From NCBI GenBank assembly GCA_029258885.1, contig JAPDJW010000009.1, forward strand, positions 1 to 64,000: 64,000 nucleotides of DNA. Reading direction: 5' to 3'. Numbering within the stretch: position 1 is the first letter of the stretch; every line of letters begins with the position of its first letter. A program made the position numbers and the translations under genes. The DNA comes from Thermoproteota archaeon. Lineage in GTDB: Archaea; Thermoproteota; Thermoprotei; Thermofilales; B9-G17. Positions 1 through 9,088 of the stretch are shown here, piece after piece. The notes under the pieces were generated by a model. That model ran no database searches and was not told where the DNA came from. It saw nothing but the letters and a program-made list of their open reading frames with translations.

Positions 1-1597
1 TTCCCGCAAACATTAAGTTTAGCTCCTCCCTCCATACAGCGGTAAGCGTTACAGGCTTATCTACAGTAAACGTGTACGTAGGCGATCTAGATACAATATA
101 GCCGCTTTCATCCATCCACCCCTCAAAAACCTTATTAAACGGCATACCACTGACAACCGTTATAGAAATAGATACTGTAGCAGTAGAGTTTTCATCATAC
201 CATCCAGCGCCACTCACACTCCCATACTCACTGTAGGCATCTATATAATACTGCCTCCTAAACATAGGATATAAGGTTACGTCTTCCTCCAAACATACAG
301 TTCTGCTTAACGTCGATACTCCATCGCTCCATCCAGTAAATACATATCTATAGTCACCGAATGAATATATTTCCTCAACAGTAACGTTAAAGCAACTAAA
401 GCTCAAAGTAACATTATTTCCATAATACTTAACATCATCAACGTAAAAGTAGAAGCCATCAAAAACACCTCCAAAAGCCAAAACACAGCCAAAAACATAC
501 AAACCAACACCTCCCGCAGCTAACATATTATTATCACTCCACGCTATACATCTAACCCAGCCTCCTGTTTTGTATTTCCATTTTAGGTTGCCGTCTGCAT
601 CAAAAACATAAACATGCTCGTCCCAGCTTCCCGCCGCAAGCAATCCATTGTTGCTCCATGCTATGCAGTAAACAGAGCCTCCCGTCTCATATTTCCATTT
701 TAGGTTGCCGTCTGCATCAAAAACATAAACGCACTGATCCTTGCTTCCCGCTGCTAGTAATCCATTGTTGCTCCATGCTATGCAGTAAATATAGCCTCCT
801 GTTTCGTATTTCCATTTTAGGTTGCCATCTGCATCAAAAACATAAACGCACTGATCCTTGCTTCCCGCTGCTAGTAATCCATTGTTGCTCCATGCTACAC
901 GCTCAACCCAGCCTCCTGTTTCGTATTTCCATTTTAGGTTGCCGTCTGCATCAAAAACATAAACGTGCCGATTATTGCTTCCCGCCGCAAGCAATCCATT
1001 GTTGCTCCATGCTACACACAAAATATAGCCTCCTGTTTCGTATTTCCATTTTAGGTTGCCATCTGCATCAAAAACATAAACGTGGCGGTCCCAGCTTCCC
1101 GCCGCTAGTAATCCATTGTTGCTCCATGCTATGCAGTAAATATAGCCTCCTGTTTTGTATTTCCATTTTAGGTTGCCGTCTGCATCAAAAACATAAACAT
1201 ACCAGTCGCTGCATCCTGCTGCTAGTAATCCATTGTTGCTCCACGCTATACACAAAATATAGCCTCCTGTTTTGTATTTCCATTTTAGGTTGCCGTCTGC
1301 ATCAAAAACGTAAACGTGGCGGTCACTGCTTCCTACTGCTAGCAGTTCGCTACTGCTCCATGCTACGCAGTAAACAGAGCCGCCTGTTTTGTATTTCCAT
1401 TTTAGGTTGCCATCTGTATTGAATACTAATATGTGTTTTCCTGTTGTTCCTGCTGCTAGTAGCCCGTCGTACCAGCTTAATGATGTGGCTGTTCCCATGG
1501 TTCCCGTAGTCCACTTAGGTTTTGGCTGAGCTTGAACAGTATGGAGCAGTATGATTACTATTAAGGCTGTTAGTAGGTATATTTTTACGTTTTTCAT
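1..1597 (-). CDS. Secreted WD40/PQQ-like beta-propeller repeat surface protein followed by an Ig-like (B-repeat-like) domain; 3' end runs off the window
   Basis: Manually translated minus frame: ATG at 1597 with AGGTGA SD upstream, MKNVKIYLLTALIVIILLHTVQAQPKPKW signal peptide, eight 39-aa units (DADGNLKWKYxTGG...AWSNNGLLAAG), then RQYYIDAYSEYGSVSGAGWYDE. Paralog of 59237-61954. Absent from the ORF track because no stop lies in the window. Confidence 0.9.
   Translation of the reverse strand, partial: MKNVKIYLLTALIVIILLHTVQAQPKPKWTTGTMGTATSLSWYDGLLAAGTTGKHILVFNTDGNLKWKYKTGGSVYCVAWSSSELLAVGSSDRHVYVFDADGNLKWKYKTGGYILCIAWSNNGLLAAGCSDWYVYVFDADGNLKWKYKTGGYIYCIAWSNNGLLAAGSWDRHVYVFDADGNLKWKYETGGYILCVAWSNNGLLAAGSNNRHVYVFDADGNLKWKYETGGWVERVAWSNNGLLAAGSKDQCVYVFDADGNLKWKYETGGYIYCIAWSNNGLLAAGSKDQCVYVFDADGNLKWKYETGGSVYCIAWSNNGLLAAGSWDEHVYVFDADGNLKWKYKTGGWVRCIAWSDNNMLAAGGVGLYVFGCVLAFGGVFDGFYFYVDDVKYYGNNVTLSFSCFNVTVEEIYSFGDYRYVFTGWSDGVSTLSRTVCLEEDVTLYPMFRRQYYIDAYSEYGSVSGAGWYDENSTATVSISITVVSGMPFNKVFEGWMDESGYIVSRSPTYTFTVDKPVTLTAVWREELNLMFAG
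510..1430 (-). repeat. Tandem 117-bp coding repeat array (8 copies)
   Basis: Core CCATTTTAGGTTGCC recurs at 578, 695, 812, 929, 1046, 1163, 1280 and 1397, an exact 117-bp period. Some ~60-bp stretches are identical between neighbouring units. Confidence 0.95.
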
Positions 1598-2042
1598 ATT
1601 CACTTCACCTTACATCATAATATTGCTTCTTGAGTATATATTTTTTCTTGTTCTCTTTTTCTTATAATTTTTAGAACTTTAGTGAAGGATTAATTATGAC
1701 GATATCAATTCTCTACTTAAAATACTGGTAATTGTTACTCAAAATTAAGCCCAGGGTATGCTTAGCTTAACTATAAATTTTGATAAACCAATTATAGTAT
1801 TATACATTTATATAATATTTTATGTCCGAGTGTTTTTTAAAATCTTGAATTTAATTCGTAGATGTAGATATGTTACTGAAGCGTAATTTATGATAAGGTA
1901 GGGGTCTTTTGAGAGGCTGAAGAGTTTCTGCATATGTAGTGAAGATGTTTAATAAATCTTTAGCACTAATATATTATTTTAACTATTTATTTAATATCCT
2001 AAAAGTTTGGGATAGTTAAATTATAAAAAGATAAAATTAAGG

Positions 2043-3353
2043 CTATTTAACTCCGCTGATGTTTACATTACCGAAGACTATTGATGGAGTAATAATTCTG
2101 CCGACGATCGTCTGATCCGACCCGATTTCCACTATATTCCTAATCATCTCGAATATGTTTCCCGAAATCATTCCCCACCTTACCGGGTACTTTATTTCAC
2201 CGTTCTCTATTAGGAAGGCGTTTCTAAGCTCTGCACTGAAGTCTCCTGTAACGAAGTTAAGGAAGGATGGAGGTATTCTAGGAACCCATAGCCCTTTATC
2301 AACTTTACCTATAAGCTCCTCGAGGTTTTTCGTTCCAGGGTTAACTATGAAGTTTGTGGCTGTAATCGATGGGAGAGGCCTTCTAAACGATGCATTGCCC
2401 GTTAGCTCGGCTCTAAGTAGCCGTGCCGTATAGCTGTCGTAGAGGTAGTTTTTCAGTACCCCATTTTCGATAACCGTTTTCCTCTTCATAGTACATCCCT
2501 CCCCATCATAGGGGGCTGAGCCAACACCCCTACTTAATGTGCCGTCATCTACTATGGTTAGCTTCTCGGATGCAACCTTCTCATTAAGCATGCCAGTAAA
2601 TCTCGATCTCCTCCTCCTCACATTGTCGGCGTTTACCGCATATATTATACCTTGGAAAATATCAGCTACAGCATCAGATCCAAGAATTACGGTACCCTTA
2701 AACGGCTCCACCCTCCTAGGCTCGGAGGTATCCACCGCTATCCTTGATGCATATTCAACCAGGTTAACAACATCCAAATCATCGAGGAAAGTGCTTGACC
2801 TATACAGATACATCTCTGATGAGCCTTTCCTGCTTGCAAGGGTAATGTTGATGTAGGCTCTCGTCTTATCGTAGCTAAAACATACGCCTTCACTATTGAC
2901 GAGCTCCCTATAGGATGTGGATAAGCTCAGCTCACACAACACTATATCGGCGCCAGACCTATTAGCTGTCTCCACTATTTCGAGGCCAAGATTAATATTT
3001 TTATCGCTTGATATTTCAGCTATTTCATCGTCGAATATCTCCTTAACATCAGCTGGAGGCATCGGTGATAGCAAGCTTTCGAAATTTGGATCCCTCTCAC
3101 TAGCTTTAGCCAGCGATATGCTCTCGTCAACAGCCTTCTCCACGAGTCTATCGAGCTGGCCGTATACTGAAGCTAATCCTACCCGTTTATCAATTATAGA
3201 CATAACCCTAAGAGAGTTGGAGGAGCTACGCTCAACTACAGGGATTCTATTACCCTCTATAATTAGCCTAATTCTCCTCGACCTAGTGACGTATGCCTCG
3301 GCCTGTTCAGCGCCCATTTTAACGGCAAGCTTAACAGCTTTATCTGCAATCAT
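2043..3353 (-). CDS. pmbA: TldE/PmbA family protein (non-catalytic partner)
   Basis: TldD/PmbA fold motifs (DDGT...YDGEG, GDFS, ITPS), no HExxH; coupled to upstream TldD. Confidence 0.85.
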   Translation of the reverse strand: MIADKAVKLAVKMGAEQAEAYVTRSRRIRLIIEGNRIPVVERSSSNSLRVMSIIDKRVGLASVYGQLDRLVEKAVDESISLAKASERDPNFESLLSPMPPADVKEIFDDEIAEISSDKNINLGLEIVETANRSGADIVLCELSLSTSYRELVNSEGVCFSYDKTRAYINITLASRKGSSEMYLYRSSTFLDDLDVVNLVEYASRIAVDTSEPRRVEPFKGTVILGSDAVADIFQGIIYAVNADNVRRRRSRFTGMLNEKVASEKLTIVDDGTLSRGVGSAPYDGEGCTMKRKTVIENGVLKNYLYDSYTARLLRAELTGNASFRRPLPSITATNFIVNPGTKNLEELIGKVDKGLWVPRIPPSFLNFVTGDFSAELRNAFLIENGEIKYPVRWGMISGNIFEMIRNIVEIGSDQTIVGRIITPSIVFGNVNISGVK

Positions 3354-4759
3354 TATGCACCACCCACCATCATGCCTCTAACCCTAACAGTAGGTCCACC
3401 AGTAGTAACCGGAACCATATCGCTTGAATAACCCTTACCGCACATCCCCGGATCCAATATGAAGTCCTTTCCGACGGCATCTATACGCTTAAGTATATCT
3501 AAAGCCTTGCCTGAAATAGTTACTCCTTTAAGCAACTTAGTAGCCTCACCATTCTCGATAAGGTAGGCTTTTAGTGCCGCAACCTGAAAGCCCCCGCCAA
3601 CGGGATCCTCCATGCCCCCCATCTCACCGATAACGTACACGCCATCCCTCGTATCCTCAATAATCTCCTCAACGCTCCAGTCGCCCGGAAGAATAAAGGT
3701 ATTACTCATCCTAACGTACGTCCTATGCGATGGAGACATAGCCCTCCCGTTTCCGGTAGAATTAACGCCCATCCTATACGCCGTCTCCCTGCTATGCATA
3801 AACATCTTCAACACGCCTCTATCGAGCAACACCTTACGCTGAGCAGGAATTCCTTCATCATCGTAGAAGTAGCTACCATAGGCTCTCTCAACCGTAGCAT
3901 CATCAACTATACTAACCACGTCGGAGCCTATCTTCTCACCTAGAAGCTTTCCCAGGAAGGATTTTCCATGTAGAACGTTATCAGCTTCACACGCATGCCC
4001 GAAGACCTCATGGGCGAATACCCCACTAACCCTACCATCCATGACGACAGTCAACTCCCCCGTGGGCGGCGATACAGCACTCAACATTTCAACCGCATTT
4101 TTAGCCACATATAAACTAAACTCATTATAGTCTAGGTCCATGAGAAGCTCTAAACCATATAGTCCTCCCTCAACTTTAAAATACCTCTGAACGTTCGCAC
4201 CCTCCCTAGCGACGGCTACAGCATATATGAATGATAGAGGATATTCCTGAGCTATACTTGCTCCCTCGCTACTGATAAACGCCTTAACTACACTTGCCTC
4301 AATATACATAACCCTCGAATCCACTATCCTGGAATCATATCCCCTAATAGCATTATCAATATCTACTAGGATTTTCTTCTTCTCCTCCACACTAGCTTCA
4401 TCAAAGCCGAGTTTAAAGTCTACCCTACGCCTATCCCTATACACCTTCTCCTCGGAAAGCCCTACATCGCCCTTCTTCCTTCCCGATAGCGCCTTAGCCG
4501 ACGATATGGCATCCTTAAAGACGTCCTCCATTAAATTAACGTTATTCGTCGAGGATAGGCCCCAGGAGCCGGAGATGAGCGCCCTAACGCCGATAATCAC
4601 TCCACCACTAGAGCTTATAGATTTAACACTGCCACGCTCAACCTGAATATTACGGCTCATCCCCTCCTGTATTCTCACGTCCAGATAGTCCGCGTAGCTA
4701 GAGTACTTTTCAACGTAGCTTAGCGCTTTGTCCAGGATCTCATCAATAATTGATCTCAT
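3353..4759 (-). CDS. tldD: TldD family metalloprotease
   Basis: HEVFGHACEAD zinc motif, YDDEG, RMSNT and C-terminal GMCGK...VPVTTGGP. Confidence 0.92.
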   Translation of the reverse strand: MRSIIDEILDKALSYVEKYSSYADYLDVRIQEGMSRNIQVERGSVKSISSSGGVIIGVRALISGSWGLSSTNNVNLMEDVFKDAISSAKALSGRKKGDVGLSEEKVYRDRRRVDFKLGFDEASVEEKKKILVDIDNAIRGYDSRIVDSRVMYIEASVVKAFISSEGASIAQEYPLSFIYAVAVAREGANVQRYFKVEGGLYGLELLMDLDYNEFSLYVAKNAVEMLSAVSPPTGELTVVMDGRVSGVFAHEVFGHACEADNVLHGKSFLGKLLGEKIGSDVVSIVDDATVERAYGSYFYDDEGIPAQRKVLLDRGVLKMFMHSRETAYRMGVNSTGNGRAMSPSHRTYVRMSNTFILPGDWSVEEIIEDTRDGVYVIGEMGGMEDPVGGGFQVAALKAYLIENGEATKLLKGVTISGKALDILKRIDAVGKDFILDPGMCGKGYSSDMVPVTTGGPTVRVRGMMVGGA

Positions 4760-5763
4760 TCTCTAAATCTCCTCCAAACCTCCCTAAGTTCATCAATAAT
4801 ATAGGGTTCTCTAAACATAACTTTTCTCCCATCCCTCTTAACTACGACTACTCCTTCTCCCTCCTCAACTCTACCTATCAAGCCATAGCTAACGTCAAGC
4901 TCCTCGAGAACCTCTACGGCGGCATCGACTTTATTCTCCGGAATCGTAGCCAATAGTGTTCCGGAGCTAATGAGCTTTAACGGATCAACCTTAAGAGCGC
5001 TACATATAGCCCTAGTTTCAGGCCTAACTAGTATCTTCTCCTCATAAACTACAAAGCGTTTACCCGACGCATAGGCCATTTCAAGAAGGCCGCACAATAC
5101 TCCACCCTCCGTTGGGTCGTGCATCGAGGATGCGCCAACTCTAGCTAAGGCTATAGCCTCCCTAACTACGCTTATCTCGCGTGAGAACTCCAGTGCTCTA
5201 CTTATTACGTCCTCTCCCACGCCCAGCCTAATCAGTTCATCCCTGAAGTCTGACGCTAAAATTGAAGTGCCCTCAATTCCAGCACCCTTAGTCATCAGTA
5301 TGCAGTCTCCAACTCTAGCTCCAGAGGTCGTTACATATTCATTCTTCCCAGCGATCCCGAAGCATGTAGCGGCGATAATAGGTCTATCTATACCTACGGT
5401 ATATTCGGTGTGTCCACCAATAATTGCTATGCCAAGCTCCTTAGCAGCCTCATCAAGCTGCTTCGTTATCCTATCTATGACGTCGTCGGATGTGCCTTCA
5501 GGCAGAAACATTATCACCAGCAACCATCTAGGCTCAGCACCCCTAACCGCAATGTCGTTTGAGGCAACGTTTACGGCGAGCCATCCAATGTTTTCGACAG
5601 CAGCTGTAATTGGATCCCCGTGGACTACTAGGACTTTATCCCCCAGGTCTATGATAGCTGCATCCTCCCCTATCATCGGGCCTACAAGAACGCTGTCGAG
5701 CTTAGCTCCCGTCCGAGATAATATGAGCTTCCTAAGCAAATCGGGAGGAAGTTTTGTTGACAT
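4756..5763 (-). CDS. AIR synthase-related (PurM/HypE/ThiL fold) protein
   Basis: GEDAA, NDIAVRGA, IIGGHTE and MHDPTEGG motifs. Confidence 0.85.
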   Translation of the reverse strand: MSTKLPPDLLRKLILSRTGAKLDSVLVGPMIGEDAAIIDLGDKVLVVHGDPITAAVENIGWLAVNVASNDIAVRGAEPRWLLVIMFLPEGTSDDVIDRITKQLDEAAKELGIAIIGGHTEYTVGIDRPIIAATCFGIAGKNEYVTTSGARVGDCILMTKGAGIEGTSILASDFRDELIRLGVGEDVISRALEFSREISVVREAIALARVGASSMHDPTEGGVLCGLLEMAYASGKRFVVYEEKILVRPETRAICSALKVDPLKLISSGTLLATIPENKVDAAVEVLEELDVSYGLIGRVEEGEGVVVVKRDGRKVMFREPYIIDELREVWRRFRE

Positions 5764-5774
5764 AAAAACACCAT

Positions 5775-6509
5775 TTATGGGACTAGGGACCTAATCTTCT
5801 CCTCAAGCCTCATCGATATAGGAACGGCAACTATAACTCCTATAATCATCTGACCGATGTTATAAGGCACTTCAATTAACGCAGCTGTACCAAAGCTAAG
5901 GACGAAGTACTCGTAGAGGAGATAGCCTGTGACCATAGCTAATCCACCGGTTAAGCAGGAGAGCGCTGAAAGAGATGCAGTAACCCTATTTCTGGATGCA
6001 CATGTAAGCCAGATAAACACCAGCAGAACGGCTATCGATATAGCTGCCCAGTACCTTATATCCATGCTGAAGGCTACGACGTTACTGAAGGAGCCGTAGC
6101 CCAAAGTAACTTCGACAAGCCCAACATAGAGGAAGGATCCCACGATTAGCGTCATCAGGAAGAGTAGGATGGGAATTGCTATAGTGAAGCCAGACCTACT
6201 TTTTCTAACTTTATTCCTAAGATAGCGGCTAAGATAGCCAACTATAAACCCTTCAGTTCCTTTAATTATGAAGGTTCCGGGAGCATACATGTGGAATCCC
6301 GTTATAACGTCGGCAAGAGCAGAGCCGAAGCCACAGGTAATGAATCCGAGGCGGGGGCCGAGGAGGAGGGCTGAAATATATACCATAACTTCGCCGAAAT
6401 TAAAGTAGCCTTGAGTAGCAGGAATATATACTTGGATCATAATTGTAGCAGCGGTAGTCATGGCGGCAAAAACAGCAGCTAAACCTATAAAGCGTGACCT
6501 AATAGCCAT
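5775..6509 (-). CDS. ECF transporter substrate-specific (S) component
   Basis: YFNFGE...ALLLGP...GSALAD...YAPGTFIIKG pattern, multiple TM helices. Start more likely ATG 6509 (MAIRSRF) than 6626. Confidence 0.8.
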   Translation of the reverse strand: MAIRSRFIGLAAVFAAMTTAATIMIQVYIPATQGYFNFGEVMVYISALLLGPRLGFITCGFGSALADVITGFHMYAPGTFIIKGTEGFIVGYLSRYLRNKVRKSRSGFTIAIPILLFLMTLIVGSFLYVGLVEVTLGYGSFSNVVAFSMDIRYWAAISIAVLLVFIWLTCASRNRVTASLSALSCLTGGLAMVTGYLLYEYFVLSFGTAALIEVPYNIGQMIIGVIVAVPISMRLEEKIRSLVP

Positions 6510-6636
6510 AGAAATCACTACATGCCATTCCTGGATAATAGTATTCAGGAACTCCAATATTAAACCATCGCAGTAAAACTTTAGATGAAGATTCAATATA
6601 AACAATATTTTATATCTCTTCAGCATCTATAAAAGT

Positions 6637-7611
6637 ATGGGTAAACTATATGTATATATGCTGGCGATCCTAATAGTAGTTCCATCAGTGATGTCCTCGC
6701 CGCTATCATTTAATAATAAATACCTAGATTTTACGTTGGAATATCCTATGGAGGCTAAGTATGGGAGCATAGTGAATTATCATATACACTTAACAGCCTT
6801 GGAGAATATAACAATAAACAGCATTAGGTTCACTGTGGTATTCATACACGATAGGGGTTCGACAACCTTATTCAACAGCACAATATTATCTTCGAAGAAG
6901 CTCGTAGAGGGAGAATCATACGAGAGGCTAATTCAGGTCAGGGCGCAGCTAAACTACGTTCCAAGCGAACCATACCTCAAGGCGTATGTATCCGTAAACT
7001 ACACCTCGAACGGTGAGGATAACTTAATGTATCTAAAGCTAACGACGACGATTGTTAGAAGCGAGACGTACGAGGAGCTTCAAGATAAAGTACGTAGGCT
7101 GGAGGGACTTGAGGATGAAGTAGATAGATTAAATAGGCAGATAAGCGAGCTTAGACTAAACCTAACATACCTGGAATCTAACCTATCTATGGCATTAGGG
7201 AGGTATGAGGAGCTGAGGAACATATTGGAGAACGTCAGTAGGGAGAAGCTTGACCTACTAAAAGAGCTTATTAAGCTCACGAATGAGACGGGAATACTTA
7301 AGGCTAAGGTAAACGCATTAAACGAGGAGAATGTCCGGCTTAGAGAAGAGCTAAGCTATGAGAGAGCCAGGGTTGAAGACTTAATGCAAAAGCTTGGAGA
7401 TGTCTATGGAAGATATAATTTAACGCTAAGCGAATTCAATGATCTTAAAAACAAGTATTCAACGCTATCTTCAGAGCTTACATTCTATAGAACACTATCG
7501 ATAATCTTATCTATGATCGTTGTCGCTATGTCCGCTGCGATAGCCATATACTATCTGGTGAAGAAGGGAGTAAAGCTATCGATTCCTAGAAGATCTGTTG
7601 CCAGCAGCTGA
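6637..7611 (+). CDS. Membrane-anchored protein: signal peptide, Ig-like domain, long coiled coil, C-terminal TM
   Basis: N-terminal hydrophobic segment, heptad-rich middle, C-terminal IILSMIVVAMSAAIAIYYLV followed by KK. Confidence 0.7.
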   Translation: MGKLYVYMLAILIVVPSVMSSPLSFNNKYLDFTLEYPMEAKYGSIVNYHIHLTALENITINSIRFTVVFIHDRGSTTLFNSTILSSKKLVEGESYERLIQVRAQLNYVPSEPYLKAYVSVNYTSNGEDNLMYLKLTTTIVRSETYEELQDKVRRLEGLEDEVDRLNRQISELRLNLTYLESNLSMALGRYEELRNILENVSREKLDLLKELIKLTNETGILKAKVNALNEENVRLREELSYERARVEDLMQKLGDVYGRYNLTLSEFNDLKNKYSTLSSELTFYRTLSIILSMIVVAMSAAIAIYYLVKKGVKLSIPRRSVASS

Positions 7612-7628
7612 TGTGTTGGGGTAGAAGC

Positions 7629-7991
7629 ATGAGTGAAGCACCGCTACTGGGAGATGGAAGCATAGTTAGGGACTATAAGCCTCTATTTGAGTACTGGAGA
7701 ATCTCTGAGGAAAGGGGGCTGGAAAAGCTGGTAATTGAAAGCAGCGATATCGATTTCGTTAAGGAATATGTACAGAGCAGAGGTAGGGTGAATCTAGCTG
7801 AACTGATGAGAATGTTGAGCGAGAGAATAGAGGATAGGGTAAGTTCGGAGCTAGCTGCTGAAGCCTATAGTGTACTCGGAATAAAAATGCCTCCCGATAT
7901 TGCCAGGAAGAAAATAGCTGAAATAGTTGCAGGCTGGACGATAGAGGCATGCAATACTTTAAATATTATAAAATTAAGATATAGCCTATAG
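7629..7991 (+). CDS. Hypothetical protein
   Basis: Co-directional ORF filling the gap to the HIT gene; likely start MSEAP at 7629. Confidence 0.6.
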   Translation: MSEAPLLGDGSIVRDYKPLFEYWRISEERGLEKLVIESSDIDFVKEYVQSRGRVNLAELMRMLSERIEDRVSSELAAEAYSVLGIKMPPDIARKKIAEIVAGWTIEACNTLNIIKLRYSL

Positions 7992-8008
7992 TTGCGGGGA
8001 GGGAGGAG

Positions 8009-8437
8009 GTGGAGGACTGTATATTCTGTAGAATAATTAAGGGCATAGAGCACGCATTCATCCCCTACATGGACGATAAGGTTATAGTTTTTCTGGATAA
8101 GTACCCTGTATCTAAGGCACATACTCTAATAGCTCCGATTAGACACTATAGTAATATATTTGAGGCCGATGACGAATCCCTCTGTCGGATAATAAAGCTA
8201 GCAAGAATAGTTGCAAAAATTATTAGAGATAAATTTGGAGCTGACGGAATAAGAATCGTACAGAACAACGGCTCCCTTGCCGGTCAAGTGATATTTCATC
8301 TACACTTCCACGTAATACCCTACTATAGAAACTCCAAAATGGTAAGATATAGGAGAACGCTAGACCACTGGGAGGGAGAGGAAGTATCAACGATACTTAG
8401 GGAGGAAATAAGGAGGGAGCTAGGGGAAAACAACTAA
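8009..8437 (+). CDS. HIT family nucleotide hydrolase
   Basis: N-terminal CIFC and histidine triad HLHFH; GGAGG SD. Confidence 0.92.
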   Translation: MEDCIFCRIIKGIEHAFIPYMDDKVIVFLDKYPVSKAHTLIAPIRHYSNIFEADDESLCRIIKLARIVAKIIRDKFGADGIRIVQNNGSLAGQVIFHLHFHVIPYYRNSKMVRYRRTLDHWEGEEVSTILREEIRRELGENN

Positions 8438-9088
8438 ACCTGGCTTACTAATTTTAGCCTTCACGTTCTCCGAGCACCTTAAGCCCTCATTAAATGCCTC
8501 TATATTTTCCTTTACATACCGTCCTCTAGCGACATCCCTAATAGCTTTGATAAATTCCACTTTACCTACATTTACCCCAGATACCCCGTATGCGAAGCCG
8601 AGCATAGCCATGTTAGCTACCTGAGGTAACTTAAGCTTCGAAACAATAGGCTTAGGATCAAACAGTATTATCTTCACATTGTTAATTCCAGCGTATTCAG
8701 ACAGAATATCGATCGAGCTATCTACTTTAGGATACTTCTCACCTCTGTATATGTACGAATTAATAGGCTTAATCGACTCCGTGGAGATAACGGCTATCCC
8801 GCCGCGCCTAACCCTATTGAGATACCTGAGCCCCTCCATAAACTCGAAGGATAACAGGAGGTCAACGTAGCCCGGAGGTATAAGTGGCGATAAATTTTCT
8901 GAATAACCTATCTTAACGTGCGCCTCAACGGTGCCTCCCCTCCTAGCCAGCCCCTTAGTCTCGCCTATAACGACGTTCAATCCGGAGTTGAGTGCAGCCC
9001 TACCCAGAACCGAGGAGGCAAAGATGACGCCCTGACCTCCAACACCTATTATCAAAACATTATAGCTACCCATAGACAACTCATTCAC
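8420..9088 (-). CDS. iorB: Indolepyruvate:ferredoxin oxidoreductase beta subunit
   Basis: GVGGQGVI, GLARRGGTV and ANMAMLG motifs; overlaps the iorA stop. Confidence 0.9.
   Translation of the reverse strand: MNELSMGSYNVLIIGVGGQGVIFASSVLGRAALNSGLNVVIGETKGLARRGGTVEAHVKIGYSENLSPLIPPGYVDLLLSFEFMEGLRYLNRVRRGGIAVISTESIKPINSYIYRGEKYPKVDSSIDILSEYAGINNVKIILFDPKPIVSKLKLPQVANMAMLGFAYGVSGVNVGKVEFIKAIRDVARGRYVKENIEAFNEGLRCSENVKAKISKPGLVVFP

Noticed and set aside
658-1422. 254-aa plus-strand Cys/His-rich repetitive ORF
   Set aside because: Antisense shadow of the minus-strand WD40 repeat gene; it stays open only because the repeat lacks stops in that frame.
510-1430. Possible CRISPR array or DGR template/variable repeats
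   Set aside because: The repeats are in-frame 117-bp coding units without unique spacers. Variation is not restricted to adenines, and no reverse transcriptase is in the window.
4756-5763. HypE as partner of HypF
   Set aside because: Lacks the C-terminal PRIC cysteine motif required in HypE (ends EVWRRFRE).
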